From a virus (taxonomy: Duplodnaviria; Caudoviricetes), in IMG/VR virus record IMGVR_UViG_3300035130_000336, positions 9,075 to 73,074 of that record: a stretch of 64,000 nucleotides of DNA; one strand, written 5' to 3'. Positions 19,966 to 30,676 of this stretch are shown here, one piece after another. The notes beneath the pieces are model-generated. The model was given only the letters and a program-made list of their open reading frames with translations. It was not told the DNA's origin and did not search any database. A program made the position numbers and the translations under genes. Every line of letters starts with the position of its first letter. Positions within the stretch are counted from its first letter, which is position 1.

Positions 19966-20894
19966 TATGCGGTACGTGTGTCGCATACATTAGGTGCAAT
20001 ATGGCAAATGAAAACATGAATATTATACGCGCGGGGCAAGACACAGCGCGTCCTGTGCCGAAGATAAATACAATTACGTGCGGTGATTGTATTGAGGTTA
20101 TGCAATTAGTACCAGACAAAAGTGTCGATATGATTCTTTGTGATTTACCTTATGGTACTACCCAAAATAAATGGGATACTGTAATCCCATTTGTGCCGTT
20201 GTGGAAGCAATACAATCGTATTTGCTTAGGTGCCATTGTTCTTACTGCAAGTCAACCATTTACATCTGCCATAATTATGAGCAATCTAAAAATGTTCAAA
20301 CACGAATGGATTTGGATAAAAAACAGGGGAAGTAATTTTGCAAATACAGTGCGTGAACCGATGAAAGAGCATGAATCGGTTTTGGTTTTTGCTTATGGCA
20401 AATGGACATACAACAAACAGATGCAAGAAAGAACCGGAGGAGGTCTGTCTAGGGTTGGGTACAAGTTTACCTGCTGCACCGAAACCGAAAACTATGGGAG
20501 GATAGGTAACCCAAAAGAAGCGCAGGGAGAGTTGCGGGTTCCATCTTCGTGGCAAAAGTTCAATACTGAGGTTGGATTGCATCCAACACAAAAACCAGTA
20601 GCCCTTTTCGAGTACCTAATCCGCACCTACACAAACGAAGGTGATACGGTTCTGGATAATTGCATAGGTTCAGGCACAACAGCAATAGCCTGTATTAACA
20701 CCGGAAGAAATTATATCGGAATTGAGAAGGAAGAAAGATACTGCCGGATAGCAGAAGAGCGCATCCATGCGCTAAGAAGCCCCGTGCAGAACACTAAAGA
20801 AATTTGCCATACAGCACCTAACAGCGGTAGGGATGCCATGCTGCTGACACTATGGAATGAGAATAAATAGGCGGCACGACACACGTACCGCATA
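19966..20894. mobile_element. Inverted-repeat-bounded cassette carrying the DNA methyltransferase
   Basis: Perfect 18-bp inverted repeat TATGCGGTACGTGTGTCG (19966-19983) / CGACACACGTACCGCATA (20877-20894); attC-like ACCTAAC...GTT hairpin at the 3' end. Confidence 0.5.
20001..20870 (+). CDS. N6-adenine/N4-cytosine DNA methyltransferase (beta class)
   Basis: 'DMILCDLPYG', 'HPTQKPVAL', 'VLDNCIGSGTT'. Confidence 0.93.
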   Translation: MANENMNIIRAGQDTARPVPKINTITCGDCIEVMQLVPDKSVDMILCDLPYGTTQNKWDTVIPFVPLWKQYNRICLGAIVLTASQPFTSAIIMSNLKMFKHEWIWIKNRGSNFANTVREPMKEHESVLVFAYGKWTYNKQMQERTGGGLSRVGYKFTCCTETENYGRIGNPKEAQGELRVPSSWQKFNTEVGLHPTQKPVALFEYLIRTYTNEGDTVLDNCIGSGTTAIACINTGRNYIGIEKEERYCRIAEERIHALRSPVQNTKEICHTAPNSGRDAMLLTLWNENK

Positions 20895-21343
20895 GGTTGT
20901 CTTATAACGGATCGCGCAACGGTTGATCGTTTTAATGTCAACCTTGCGCTGTTGTGTGAATGTAAAATTGATTACCATAATATTATTTTGCGAACGGTGT
21001 TATTTTTTTAAACTACCGGGCTTGTGATAACCGCCTGTTTCCATTCTTGCACGCACCTTAAGCTCTCCAATGTTGCTTTTCATCATTTTATCAAAATCTT
21101 TTTGACGAGAATCGAGCCTTTTAAATCTCATTTTAACTTTCATAGAACCTCCAATGTAGTGAGCAAAAACTATTTATATAAAAATCAATTTTATTTCCAC
21201 ACAAATACTAAATATATGTAACCATATTAATATATTAATATGCTTCATTTAATTCAATATTAAATTAGGATATTTCGTTTCTATGCTATTGTTTTAATAG
21301 CGCAACATTATAAGACCCTTCCTAAAAATCTATATAAGTAGTA

Positions 21344-21562
21344 GTGATTTTCAAGATCCTATGTCCTAACCATAGGTATGAAAAAATACTTATGGCGTAT
21401 GAACCCGAATTGCGGAGATTTTGGGTGAATTGTCGTGGCTATAAATGCAAACGATGGATTCAAATCGACATAAATAATGTTGGTGGGGTAAATACGACGC
21501 TTATGCCTAAAGGTTATCTATTCGATTTCGAAACGATGCCAACACTCGTAAAGGGAATATGA
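21344..21562 (+). CDS. Small Cys/His hypothetical protein
   Basis: CPNH and CxxxxC; ATGA overlap with portal. Confidence 0.55.
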   Translation: MIFKILCPNHRYEKILMAYEPELRRFWVNCRGYKCKRWIQIDINNVGGVNTTLMPKGYLFDFETMPTLVKGI

Positions 21563-23673
21563 TGAATCAGCCGATTGGATTGGTTTCCGATACGAAATTT
21601 CCCATTGAAGAAATTAATATAAATACCAAAACATCCCGTAGGATGCGATCGTCCGACGGCGAACTGGTTCGGTACGTTGAAGATAAACATCGACATTGGG
21701 TTGATTATCACTCTCCTGCACGGAAACGATTATATGACGTCCTCGAAGCATTTATGGATATCAACGGCGGGATGTGGCCGAAAAAAGAACGTGATGAAAT
21801 AACCGGTTCCGGTCGTCATGCGGCGAGTATAAATATCGCCAAACAAAAAATGGAAACACTCAGCGGTTCGTTGATGTCGGAAAAATTTGATTTCGATTTC
21901 AAGCCGTTGGATATCGAAGAAAATACCCTTATAGAATCCATCAAGCACTGGTATTTCGCTGACAAGGAACAATACAACTATCATAACGCGGATAATCAGA
22001 CCAATATTTCAGGACTTCTCCATGCCGGTGTTCAGACGATGTATATCGATTACAATATACGTCGTACCGGAGCGATCGGCTTTAAACCTTTAACCGATGG
22101 TATGGTTCTTTCCGATCCTTATTGGCAGACAAATGAAAATAAGGATTGGCGGGAAGCGATGATTGACGGTTATTTGACTCCTTCGAAAATGATCGAGGAT
22201 TTCAATATAACCGATGATGGAATCAGAAAACTTGCTGAAGCTGATTTTTATATTGGTGAAACATATGAGGGACAGGATGATGTAAGGGCGTGGGAAAATT
22301 TACCGAACAGAGAAGGTTCGCGTTTTCTTGTCAGTGAATACCGATGGCTGGAAAAATTAAAAACAACGAGATTGCATGCACAATTACCTGATGGAGAGTG
22401 GTTTGCTTTTCCGCTTAAAGTAAGGGAAGAACAGGTAAGAGATTTCATCGAAAAAATGGAAATTCATTGGTCCGATATCAGGGAATTTCCTTATGAAGAC
22501 AATATTCTTCAGTATTGCATAATTTCACCGGATTTGACCGGCATAGCTCCCGACTTGATATTTGTTCGCGGAAAACATCCGATACAGTGCGGCGGTATCG
22601 GACTTTTTAAATTTTCCGCCACCCGCATGTTCGGTATCGATAAAGGGCTGTTCGAATACATCCTTGATTTGAACAGGACGTTGAATTATCGGCAATCCAA
22701 GATAGACGATATTATCGCTTCCGCCGCGTCGGGAATGGCTTTTGTCAATAAAAACAAAATCGGTGGGGATGCGGGTATCCGGCAATTGGCGCAGAATAAA
22801 ACCCGTCCCGATTACATTCATCCCGTTGATGGTTCTCCGGATGGCGTAGCGACACTGTTTCCCATCAATCAGGTTCCCGAGCATATTTTCCGGGAAGTAA
22901 ACAATATCATCGATCTTTTCGATCGGGTAAGTCCGGTTACTCCCGCGTTGGAAGGTGCGGCGACGAAAGACGAATCGGGAATTTTGCTGGAAATGCGGCA
23001 TGAAATAACCAAGCTCGGGACGTTGCGGCTTTATAACAACTGGCAGCAGTTTTTAATGGACAAAGCGGAAGCGTGGTACAATCAGGCCCAAATCACCTAT
23101 AAAAATTTGTATCGTAAAGTGCCGTCGGCGAACGGAGCGGGAAGTGTCGAGTTTAACGTTCCGGCTTTCAGAACGACGGCTGAAGGAACGCGGGAAAAGG
23201 TGTATATCAATTCGATCGGCGATTTGCCGAGAGCGAAAGTGATCGTGACGCTTTCGAAAGCTTCACCGACGAAAAGAATGGCGCGACGGCTTGAATTGTT
23301 CGATACGACGAAAATGCTGTCGGCTCATCCCGAATTGTTCAAGAACGAAATCAGAATTCTCACGAACGATCTGATCAGTACGATAGAGCGTGAACCTGAA
23401 GAACAGGTCAAATTGGAACGAATGCAAACCTTGCAGGAGATGCGCGATATCCTTGAAATATTCACTCAAATCGAAAGTTTGAAAGCGCAAGGCATGGAAG
23501 CGCAAATGATGCAGAAAAGATTGAGCGATATGATGCAGAGCGCTCAGGGAGCCATGCAGCAAATAACCGGACAACAACAGGTTCCCGAACAATTCGAGAC
23601 CGCGAAGAAACGGATGCCATTTACTCAGGAACAACCTGCGGCACCAACCGGAGAAAACGGAGGAATGAGGTGA
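21559..23673 (+). CDS. Portal protein (P22/podovirus-like)
   Basis: 704 aa, 'GRHAASINIAK', 'ESGI', Gln-rich C-terminal tail; first gene of the head module. Confidence 0.8.
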   Translation: MMNQPIGLVSDTKFPIEEININTKTSRRMRSSDGELVRYVEDKHRHWVDYHSPARKRLYDVLEAFMDINGGMWPKKERDEITGSGRHAASINIAKQKMETLSGSLMSEKFDFDFKPLDIEENTLIESIKHWYFADKEQYNYHNADNQTNISGLLHAGVQTMYIDYNIRRTGAIGFKPLTDGMVLSDPYWQTNENKDWREAMIDGYLTPSKMIEDFNITDDGIRKLAEADFYIGETYEGQDDVRAWENLPNREGSRFLVSEYRWLEKLKTTRLHAQLPDGEWFAFPLKVREEQVRDFIEKMEIHWSDIREFPYEDNILQYCIISPDLTGIAPDLIFVRGKHPIQCGGIGLFKFSATRMFGIDKGLFEYILDLNRTLNYRQSKIDDIIASAASGMAFVNKNKIGGDAGIRQLAQNKTRPDYIHPVDGSPDGVATLFPINQVPEHIFREVNNIIDLFDRVSPVTPALEGAATKDESGILLEMRHEITKLGTLRLYNNWQQFLMDKAEAWYNQAQITYKNLYRKVPSANGAGSVEFNVPAFRTTAEGTREKVYINSIGDLPRAKVIVTLSKASPTKRMARRLELFDTTKMLSAHPELFKNEIRILTNDLISTIEREPEEQVKLERMQTLQEMRDILEIFTQIESLKAQGMEAQMMQKRLSDMMQSAQGAMQQITGQQQVPEQFETAKKRMPFTQEQPAAPTGENGGMR

Positions 23674-23920
23674 AAAAGACGAAACCTGAACCGACGGATA
23701 TCCAAAAAAATCTGGACAACAGGAATAAGACTTTGCAAGGATGCGAACATAATTCCTATGAAAGTGAACCTGATCCCGAACCCGATCTTATGCTGTTCGG
23801 CATAAGTGGCTGATTCGTTCGGGAATGAGGATTTTTAATAAATGATTGTCAAGAAAAAGCAGCCCGATAAGCAGCCAACTGTTTTTGACGGACCCAACTG
23901 CAATTCGAAAGGACGATTGA

Positions 23921-25501
23921 ATGGATGATGTAGCCATGGAAACACTTGTTTTTACGAGTGAAGAAGAAAGACAGAAAGCTTTAATTGACATACCGGATGA
24001 ACCGCCCCCCGGCGTTGACATCGAGGAATGGCAAAAGGAGCAGGACGAAAAAGTAAAAAAAATAGTCGAAGCTTCCATTTCCGAAGAAGCGGCTCCGAAA
24101 ACGGAATCCAAAACCGATGAAGGACACCCTCCCGCGAAACCGGAACAAGAAGATAAGACGAAACAGCCCGTGGAGGAGGAAGACGAATACGTAGATTTTT
24201 CCGCGCTTGGAAAAATGAAAAAATCCGAATTGCCGGAGAATTTGCGTCCCTATCGAAGTCCTCAGGAAATCATCAAGCAGGCGGCTCACGCGAGACGTTA
24301 TGCGAATAGTGCCGAGGATAAGATACGTCAATATGAAGAGAAGATCACGGAATTGCAGTCAACAGCCGGAAAAGTTCCTGATTTGCAGAAGCAACTTGAA
24401 GAACTTAAAAAGGCGACTGAAGACGCGAAGAAATCCGTTGAGCAAAAGCCTTTCATATCATCCGGGAAACGAGCGGAATTCAATACGAAATTGGATGAAA
24501 TCAACGCCCGGATAGAAAAATTGAAGGATTACGGCGGAGAAGATGTTGATGCTCTTCAGAGTGTGATGTCCGGTACGGTCGAAGTTTTCAAGGATACTCT
24601 GGCCGAACTTGATTCGGTAAAGGATGAATTTACGAGTTATCGTAAAACCGCCGAATCACGATATGCCAATCTTGAAAAAAGCATTAAAAGCGTATCGGAA
24701 ATGACCCAACGGGCTGAGGAAAAAAGAAAGTTGGAGTTTGAACAAAAAACAGCGGAAAGAAATCTGGAGGAGTTACAATCGAAGTTTCCCGAATTAAAGA
24801 CGACGAAACCTTTATATGCCGACAACAGGGATGACCTTGAATCGGCGATCGTCAGAATGGCTGAAGTAGTATATGATAGAAAGCCGAAAAATTTTGATGA
24901 GATAAACAGGTTCGTCAGTGATTTTAATGCGAAAAATCCTGAACTTATTAAAATTTGTGAAAGGAACAGTATTTTCCCCGGCAATTTCGGCATTAATCCA
25001 AATGATATCCGGAATTACGGAATACTCATGAATGTTTACTGGAGGCAACGGGGAGAACGCATTGATCCTATGACCGGTTCCCGTATACCGGTTACCGATT
25101 GGAGAGGACAGAAAGTAACGTTTCCGGATTTCGCATCCACGTTTCAACATATGAAGGAAAGTGAAGGGATAACGACTGCGGAAAAGGAATTGGCGATTAT
25201 TGAGGCTGAAAAAAAGGGACAGCAAAATCTTGATGCATCCCTTAAAAAACGCGATACATCACCGCCGACGCTCGAACCGACCGGTTTACCGCCTGAAGGA
25301 CAGGGTTTGACTGAAAATCAGGCGTTGGAAATCATTGGTGAAAGAAAGGGCCGGATGACCGTTGACGAAGAAAAAATGGAACGGTTGTTACGGATCGGTG
25401 ATAAGCGCGGATGGGATATGTTCAAAGCGTTGCAAGCAGCCCATGAGACTTTAGGAATGCCGATTCCGCAGCCGGAACCGTATTGGAGAAATTCTGCCTG
25501 A
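23921..25501 (+). CDS. Putative scaffolding protein
   Basis: Acidic N-terminus and long coiled coil; between portal and capsid genes. Confidence 0.6.
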   Translation: MDDVAMETLVFTSEEERQKALIDIPDEPPPGVDIEEWQKEQDEKVKKIVEASISEEAAPKTESKTDEGHPPAKPEQEDKTKQPVEEEDEYVDFSALGKMKKSELPENLRPYRSPQEIIKQAAHARRYANSAEDKIRQYEEKITELQSTAGKVPDLQKQLEELKKATEDAKKSVEQKPFISSGKRAEFNTKLDEINARIEKLKDYGGEDVDALQSVMSGTVEVFKDTLAELDSVKDEFTSYRKTAESRYANLEKSIKSVSEMTQRAEEKRKLEFEQKTAERNLEELQSKFPELKTTKPLYADNRDDLESAIVRMAEVVYDRKPKNFDEINRFVSDFNAKNPELIKICERNSIFPGNFGINPNDIRNYGILMNVYWRQRGERIDPMTGSRIPVTDWRGQKVTFPDFASTFQHMKESEGITTAEKELAIIEAEKKGQQNLDASLKKRDTSPPTLEPTGLPPEGQGLTENQALEIIGERKGRMTVDEEKMERLLRIGDKRGWDMFKALQAAHETLGMPIPQPEPYWRNSA

Positions 25502-25535
25502 TATTATCAGGCAATAAACTAAAAGGAGCTTAAAA

Positions 25536-26822
25536 ATGGGTGTCAGGAATTACACCGATTTGAATACTCTTTCGGGCGGAAGTCTTGTTGTACGTAAATT
25601 CAGCAATACTCTCCGTCGGAGAGCTATTCCGAAATCGATTTATGCGAACATTACCGGTGAACGCATCATTTATAAACGGCAGGAATTGTCGATGCCTTCC
25701 GCCGTTATCGAACGTTTGTCACCGGAGGAAATCGGTGGAGCGAACAATGTTCGCGTCGGATTGAAAATGGAAGCGAATGCGAATATCATTCGCGGCAATG
25801 GCGTCGCGATGGGAACTGAAGTGGCTCCCGTCGTGAAGAGCGGTACATTATTTCGTAATAATTACCGCGTTGTTTTTCAGGACAAACCCGGATACGGAGA
25901 GCACAAACTCGACGCCGAGTTTTTCAATCTCTATGAGCAACATGCGAAGGATCTGGCTCCTCATGCGGCGGCGGAGGAAGACCTTGAAATTCATATGGGG
26001 CTTATCGAGACGAACGGATGGAACCTGCAATTCGGTTCTACGGCAAATACCTGTCCGGCGCAATGGAACCGGCACTGTTATGTTGCCAATGCCGGAACCA
26101 TCTATCAGCAACCGCAGTTTCATCCGAACTGGGCAACGTATACCAACCGTATAGTTGCGGCGATTGATACCGCTTCCGGAGGGACGGGAACCTTTCCGCA
26201 AACTGCTGCTCAGATGCTGAGCGGACAGGTAATGGATGAGCTTGTCAGGTTCGCGTTCATGCGTAGATTGTGGCCGCTTTCGATCGAAAACAATCAGGCG
26301 TTTCTTCTTACCGTTTCCCAGCTTCAGGCGGCGCGTTTTTCGAATCCGCGATTCGTCGATACGCTTGGTTCACGGTATACCCGTGTTGATGATATCAAGG
26401 ATAGCAAGGTACAAAACTGGTACGGAATGCTTGGCAAATGGGAAAGTGCCGCCGGAGCGACGATTTATCTCGTTCGTGATGACAGGCTCGCCACCCTTCT
26501 GCCGAGTGGTACGGCGGCTCCGTACGGGTTGCAGGCCAATTATATGTGGCCGACCGCCAACGACCAGCGGCAGCTTGAAAATCCGCTGGTAAGGGATGCG
26601 TCGATTCTTCACGGGGCTGGCGCTCTTTACCTGCTTGAACCGGAAAAAATGCACATGATATCTCAGGATTGGGATTACAACGTGCGTAACGGTGTCGGGT
26701 ATGCCGGTGTACGAGGATATCAGCATATGCAGTTTGACAATACTCCCGTTGATCCGACGGGTGCTGCGAGAGAGTATTTCGGTTCGGTGCTTGTTGTACT
26801 CGGGCGTGTTGAAAACGCATGA
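25536..26822 (+). CDS. Major capsid protein
   Basis: 428 aa, strong AAGGAG RBS, follows scaffold, followed by a terminator-like hairpin. Confidence 0.75.
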   Translation: MGVRNYTDLNTLSGGSLVVRKFSNTLRRRAIPKSIYANITGERIIYKRQELSMPSAVIERLSPEEIGGANNVRVGLKMEANANIIRGNGVAMGTEVAPVVKSGTLFRNNYRVVFQDKPGYGEHKLDAEFFNLYEQHAKDLAPHAAAEEDLEIHMGLIETNGWNLQFGSTANTCPAQWNRHCYVANAGTIYQQPQFHPNWATYTNRIVAAIDTASGGTGTFPQTAAQMLSGQVMDELVRFAFMRRLWPLSIENNQAFLLTVSQLQAARFSNPRFVDTLGSRYTRVDDIKDSKVQNWYGMLGKWESAAGATIYLVRDDRLATLLPSGTAAPYGLQANYMWPTANDQRQLENPLVRDASILHGAGALYLLEPEKMHMISQDWDYNVRNGVGYAGVRGYQHMQFDNTPVDPTGAAREYFGSVLVVLGRVENA

Positions 26823-26853
26823 AGTTGAAGTAAAAACAGTTTGTAAATTTTTG

Positions 26854-26884
26854 AGGGTAGTATCCCGCTTTGCGGGACTACCCT
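26854..26884 (+). terminator. Stem-loop after capsid gene
   Basis: AGGGTAG-TA-TCCCGC-TTT-GCGGGA-CTACCCT. Confidence 0.6.
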
Positions 26885-26910
26885 TATATCCATTAAAAAA
26901 GGGATGAATT

Positions 26911-27546
26911 ATGAATGAACTGGCTGAAATTCTGAAGTCGCAGGAGGAACGGGACCGATTAAAAAGAGTCGAACAATTACGGCGAAAGGGAGAACGGTTC
27001 ATACGTGTTCGATATAAAGGACCGATTATTCCTGAAATCGATCATGAAGGCATCTGTTACAATATCAGGCCGCATGGACTGAGAGATGTCGAAGCGTATG
27101 AATCATCGGATATAAATACCGGGCGGACGGAATGGAAATCGAGAAAAGGCGCTCGTGTTTTATACTTTCGCCAGACAGCAAGCGGGGATATTGAAGCTGA
27201 CATATGGGATGATCCCGACGGCTGGAATCGAAGATACATCGCATCGCATCCCGACGATCTTGAGGTATTGGATGATAAGTTAAGAGAGGAAATCAGAGAG
27301 GAAGCCAAGAAACCATTCAAAGCCGAACTCAGTAGAAAAGAGCAATTGGAAAGAGACATCGCCGAAAAAGTGCGTGAACTCGAATTGATAAATCAACAGG
27401 AAAATGAAGCCGGAAACAGGAAAAGAGGAAGGCCGAAAGGAAGTGTAACGAATGGCATCAACGAGTCAACATCTGGCGTGGATAGCTCTGGAGTGCCACG
27501 GGTGGCAACCGGAGGGGACAGAGAAGGGAATACTTCCTCTTTATAA
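26911..27546 (+). CDS. Hypothetical virion-module protein
   Basis: Position after capsid gene; 'KRGRPK' motif. Confidence 0.55.
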   Translation: MNELAEILKSQEERDRLKRVEQLRRKGERFIRVRYKGPIIPEIDHEGICYNIRPHGLRDVEAYESSDINTGRTEWKSRKGARVLYFRQTASGDIEADIWDDPDGWNRRYIASHPDDLEVLDDKLREEIREEAKKPFKAELSRKEQLERDIAEKVRELELINQQENEAGNRKRGRPKGSVTNGINESTSGVDSSGVPRVATGGDREGNTSSL

Positions 27547-28135
27547 TCAGGCACACCGGATACTGAACACGGCTGAACGGGAACAGAATCTTCTTTACGA
27601 TTCCGCTACCGGAGATTTTCCTTTTATTGCTACCGCTGATAATACCTTTCAGTATAATTGTCCGGAAACCGTTTGGCAGGTTAAACATATCGTAATTGAT
27701 TGGGACGCCGATCTGCCGTCGGCATGGACAAATGAATGGTTAGTTGAAGCACTGCACTTTGAGGGAATGGAATATCGGCGGATTCTCAATGTAAAAACCA
27801 GACCCGCGAGAGTAGCCGGAAGTGGAAACGTCACTCCGGCTATTCTCATGTTCCGAGGAGTAAATCCCGGAAATACCACTTCTCTGTTTCGCCGCATAGC
27901 CTATAAATTACCCACGGAAATTACCTCACAGAGAATACAGCATGAATGTCCGAGTCCGGAAGCGGAACAGATTTTGATGCAGGCTACAATGTCGCTTATC
28001 GATGCCGTCAATGATCATAAAAAACAATTGGCGGTAACGAAATATATCGAAGATGTTTTAAAGCCGAAATACTGGTCGGAACTTGATAATGGAGAACAGG
28101 GGATTTCGTTGTTTTGTACGAAAAGACCTTTTTGA
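27452..28135 (+). CDS. Putative head-tail adaptor
   Basis: Size and position typical of podovirus adaptor genes. Confidence 0.5.
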   Translation: MASTSQHLAWIALECHGWQPEGTEKGILPLYNQAHRILNTAEREQNLLYDSATGDFPFIATADNTFQYNCPETVWQVKHIVIDWDADLPSAWTNEWLVEALHFEGMEYRRILNVKTRPARVAGSGNVTPAILMFRGVNPGNTTSLFRRIAYKLPTEITSQRIQHECPSPEAEQILMQATMSLIDAVNDHKKQLAVTKYIEDVLKPKYWSELDNGEQGISLFCTKRPF

Positions 28136-28144
28136 CGATTTGCT

Positions 28145-30673
28145 ATGAGCAGACAGACAGACGATAATCTGGAAAACTGGAATCAAACCAATTTCGGTAA
28201 TGGTTTGGTAAAGAATGCGCCGCATGAGGACATACCGGTCAATGCGGTCGCAGGATTGATCAATGCCCATTCTTTCGACACCGAAATACAGCCGAGATTG
28301 GCATCGTGGCTATGGTCCGATTTGCAACCTCCGCCTTGGAGGGATGGCTGCGGAAGCGAATTAAAAAATCTTTATATGAGCAAAGTTAATAACGTCGTTA
28401 CCTGCGATCAGGACGTTTTTAATTATGACAGTGTAAGTTGTTATATCGCATGGCCGACCGATGACGGCGAATATTATCACGACGAAATAGCCGAATATAT
28501 TTCCGAAAATCAGGTAAGGATGGCATTATCGGGAATTGACAGGGAATCGGACGGATGTTATATCCATGGCCGCTTGAATATTAATAGTTGGCATAAAATA
28601 CAAAGAAAAAAAATATGGCAGTTCGGTAAAAGAGTATATACCAGCAGTTATAAATACAGGGGATATAGTGAATGTCTTTGTGTTTCGAGAAGAATGCCAT
28701 CGAACGTCATATCCGATTGGGACGATTCCGACAATGACGGGGTATTCGGGAATTCGAACGGCATATTCAAGTTGAGTTTCGATCAAAGCGTCGGTATTTT
28801 CTGGCGTGCGAACGGGCCGGTTCCGCATATACTGCTTTATGGAAGACAAAGAAGAAAAGAGCATAAGCATCGTTACGATTATCTCTATTCCATGGCGAGA
28901 ATCGCTGGAGCCGGAATAAGGGATAGAACGAATGCGAAACTGTTGCAGCAAAGCGGAACGACGCAATTAAATACCGATGTGATTCCAAACAGGGATTATT
29001 CGACGTATTGGAGAGAAAAACCGATAGGAAACAATGATAGCAGCGTTAAAATCGGTTGTCGTCTTACGTGCGCTGAAATGTCTGATGTCAATAAAGATCC
29101 CGCTTATTATCGAACGATTGCGGCTCCCGGTGCTTCTTTTAAATTTACCCACAATGAATACGAGGCTGAATTTATTGTTGATATGAGCACGACCGGAACT
29201 AATGTGCAGAGCATGCATGAAGTTGCTAATTCGCTGCAAAAAGGTATCAACACGTTGTTTCCGTGGATTGTCGTCAAATATAATGACGACGGTTACTTTA
29301 CTTTTAATACGGGTCGCGAAAAAAACGCATCGATCGGTTATCTGGGAGCGGGTACTACCGGAACGGATATTTCAGGGGTAATAAAAGGAACTGAAGCTGA
29401 TGGTGCCAAAATAAATGACCAATGGGAATATACCGAACCCAATCAGGTAGGAGTGTTTTTTATTCCGCTTGATCAAGATTATTTTGAATGGCACTGGACG
29501 CATTATACGAAATGGCGCACTACCGATATCAGTGAAAACGGGGCTAATCCGCGAACTACCGAAAACGGGGAAGAATTAACGCCGCTTAAATTTACATGGT
29601 GCGGCGATTTTCGCGTGGCTGCCGCCTTTTATGCAAGTAAAGCACACGGTATCGTTACTGCAATAGTCGGTACATTTGAAAAGGCCGATGAGGGAACGCC
29701 GCTTAAATGGGAGGATGGCGATACCGAAACCATTATAGAATATTTATCTCCAAAAAAAGTAAGGGTGGGAACCGATTATTACGGCGGGACGAAACCGTTA
29801 CAGGCTTGCGCGATCGGCGCGGGACGGGTTATGCGTGCCTCGCAGGATGGATACATAGTTACTTTACATAATGTATATACGGATGATTATTTTTCCAAAA
29901 CCGAATGTGATGAACGGAAAACGATATTCTGGTCCACCGGCTACGAATCGATTATCGTGGAAGTGATTTCCAGCAATCAGGTGCGGGTACATGAAAATTT
30001 GTCAAAAGAAATTCAGGGAATAACTCTTGATCCGATGTACCGGGTAATTACGGATATTACTACCGATGAAACACTGCGGAATCGCATGGATGAAAAGCAT
30101 ATCGGCTTATTGAATATGCGTTATAAAGAGGCAATGCCTAATTGCAATATTCTTCGGATGGTTCCCGGTTTTATGGTGACGGCACAGCGCGGCGATTCGT
30201 TGATTCATTATTGCGATCTTGCCAACAACATGCGATATAATGCCGGTTATTATTTGATGTCGAGACAGATTATCGACAAGATCGAAGGTTCGATACAGCT
30301 TATTCGCAAAGCTCCCAACTATATCCTTGTCTGGTGTATCGACAGTTTGTGGAGCATTCCGACCAATAATCCTGATGTTGAAACGTTGCCTGATTTTGGG
30401 GAATATTATGGTATTCTTCATGCCGATGTGGTTGACGAATATCTCGGTGCCATTGATTGGGGAAGTATACAGGAAATAGACAAGGGAACATTCGAACTTC
30501 TCTGTCATGATATGAGCGTACGTCAGGTTATCAATAGAACATATAGTGAAGACATGACGTTTAATTCGCTCGAACAGGATATAATCGCGAAGGATTTCAA
30601 AGAGTGCTGGAATATCGGCGCGAGCGCTTATGGGAGGACGCTCGGGCATGTATTCTGGAGAACTAGGAAATAA
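28145..30673 (+). CDS. Putative tail/stabilisation (nozzle-like) protein
   Basis: 842 aa, beta-rich, follows the adaptor. Confidence 0.5.
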   Translation: MSRQTDDNLENWNQTNFGNGLVKNAPHEDIPVNAVAGLINAHSFDTEIQPRLASWLWSDLQPPPWRDGCGSELKNLYMSKVNNVVTCDQDVFNYDSVSCYIAWPTDDGEYYHDEIAEYISENQVRMALSGIDRESDGCYIHGRLNINSWHKIQRKKIWQFGKRVYTSSYKYRGYSECLCVSRRMPSNVISDWDDSDNDGVFGNSNGIFKLSFDQSVGIFWRANGPVPHILLYGRQRRKEHKHRYDYLYSMARIAGAGIRDRTNAKLLQQSGTTQLNTDVIPNRDYSTYWREKPIGNNDSSVKIGCRLTCAEMSDVNKDPAYYRTIAAPGASFKFTHNEYEAEFIVDMSTTGTNVQSMHEVANSLQKGINTLFPWIVVKYNDDGYFTFNTGREKNASIGYLGAGTTGTDISGVIKGTEADGAKINDQWEYTEPNQVGVFFIPLDQDYFEWHWTHYTKWRTTDISENGANPRTTENGEELTPLKFTWCGDFRVAAAFYASKAHGIVTAIVGTFEKADEGTPLKWEDGDTETIIEYLSPKKVRVGTDYYGGTKPLQACAIGAGRVMRASQDGYIVTLHNVYTDDYFSKTECDERKTIFWSTGYESIIVEVISSNQVRVHENLSKEIQGITLDPMYRVITDITTDETLRNRMDEKHIGLLNMRYKEAMPNCNILRMVPGFMVTAQRGDSLIHYCDLANNMRYNAGYYLMSRQIIDKIEGSIQLIRKAPNYILVWCIDSLWSIPTNNPDVETLPDFGEYYGILHADVVDEYLGAIDWGSIQEIDKGTFELLCHDMSVRQVINRTYSEDMTFNSLEQDIIAKDFKECWNIGASAYGRTLGHVFWRTRK

Positions 30674-30676
30674 CAA

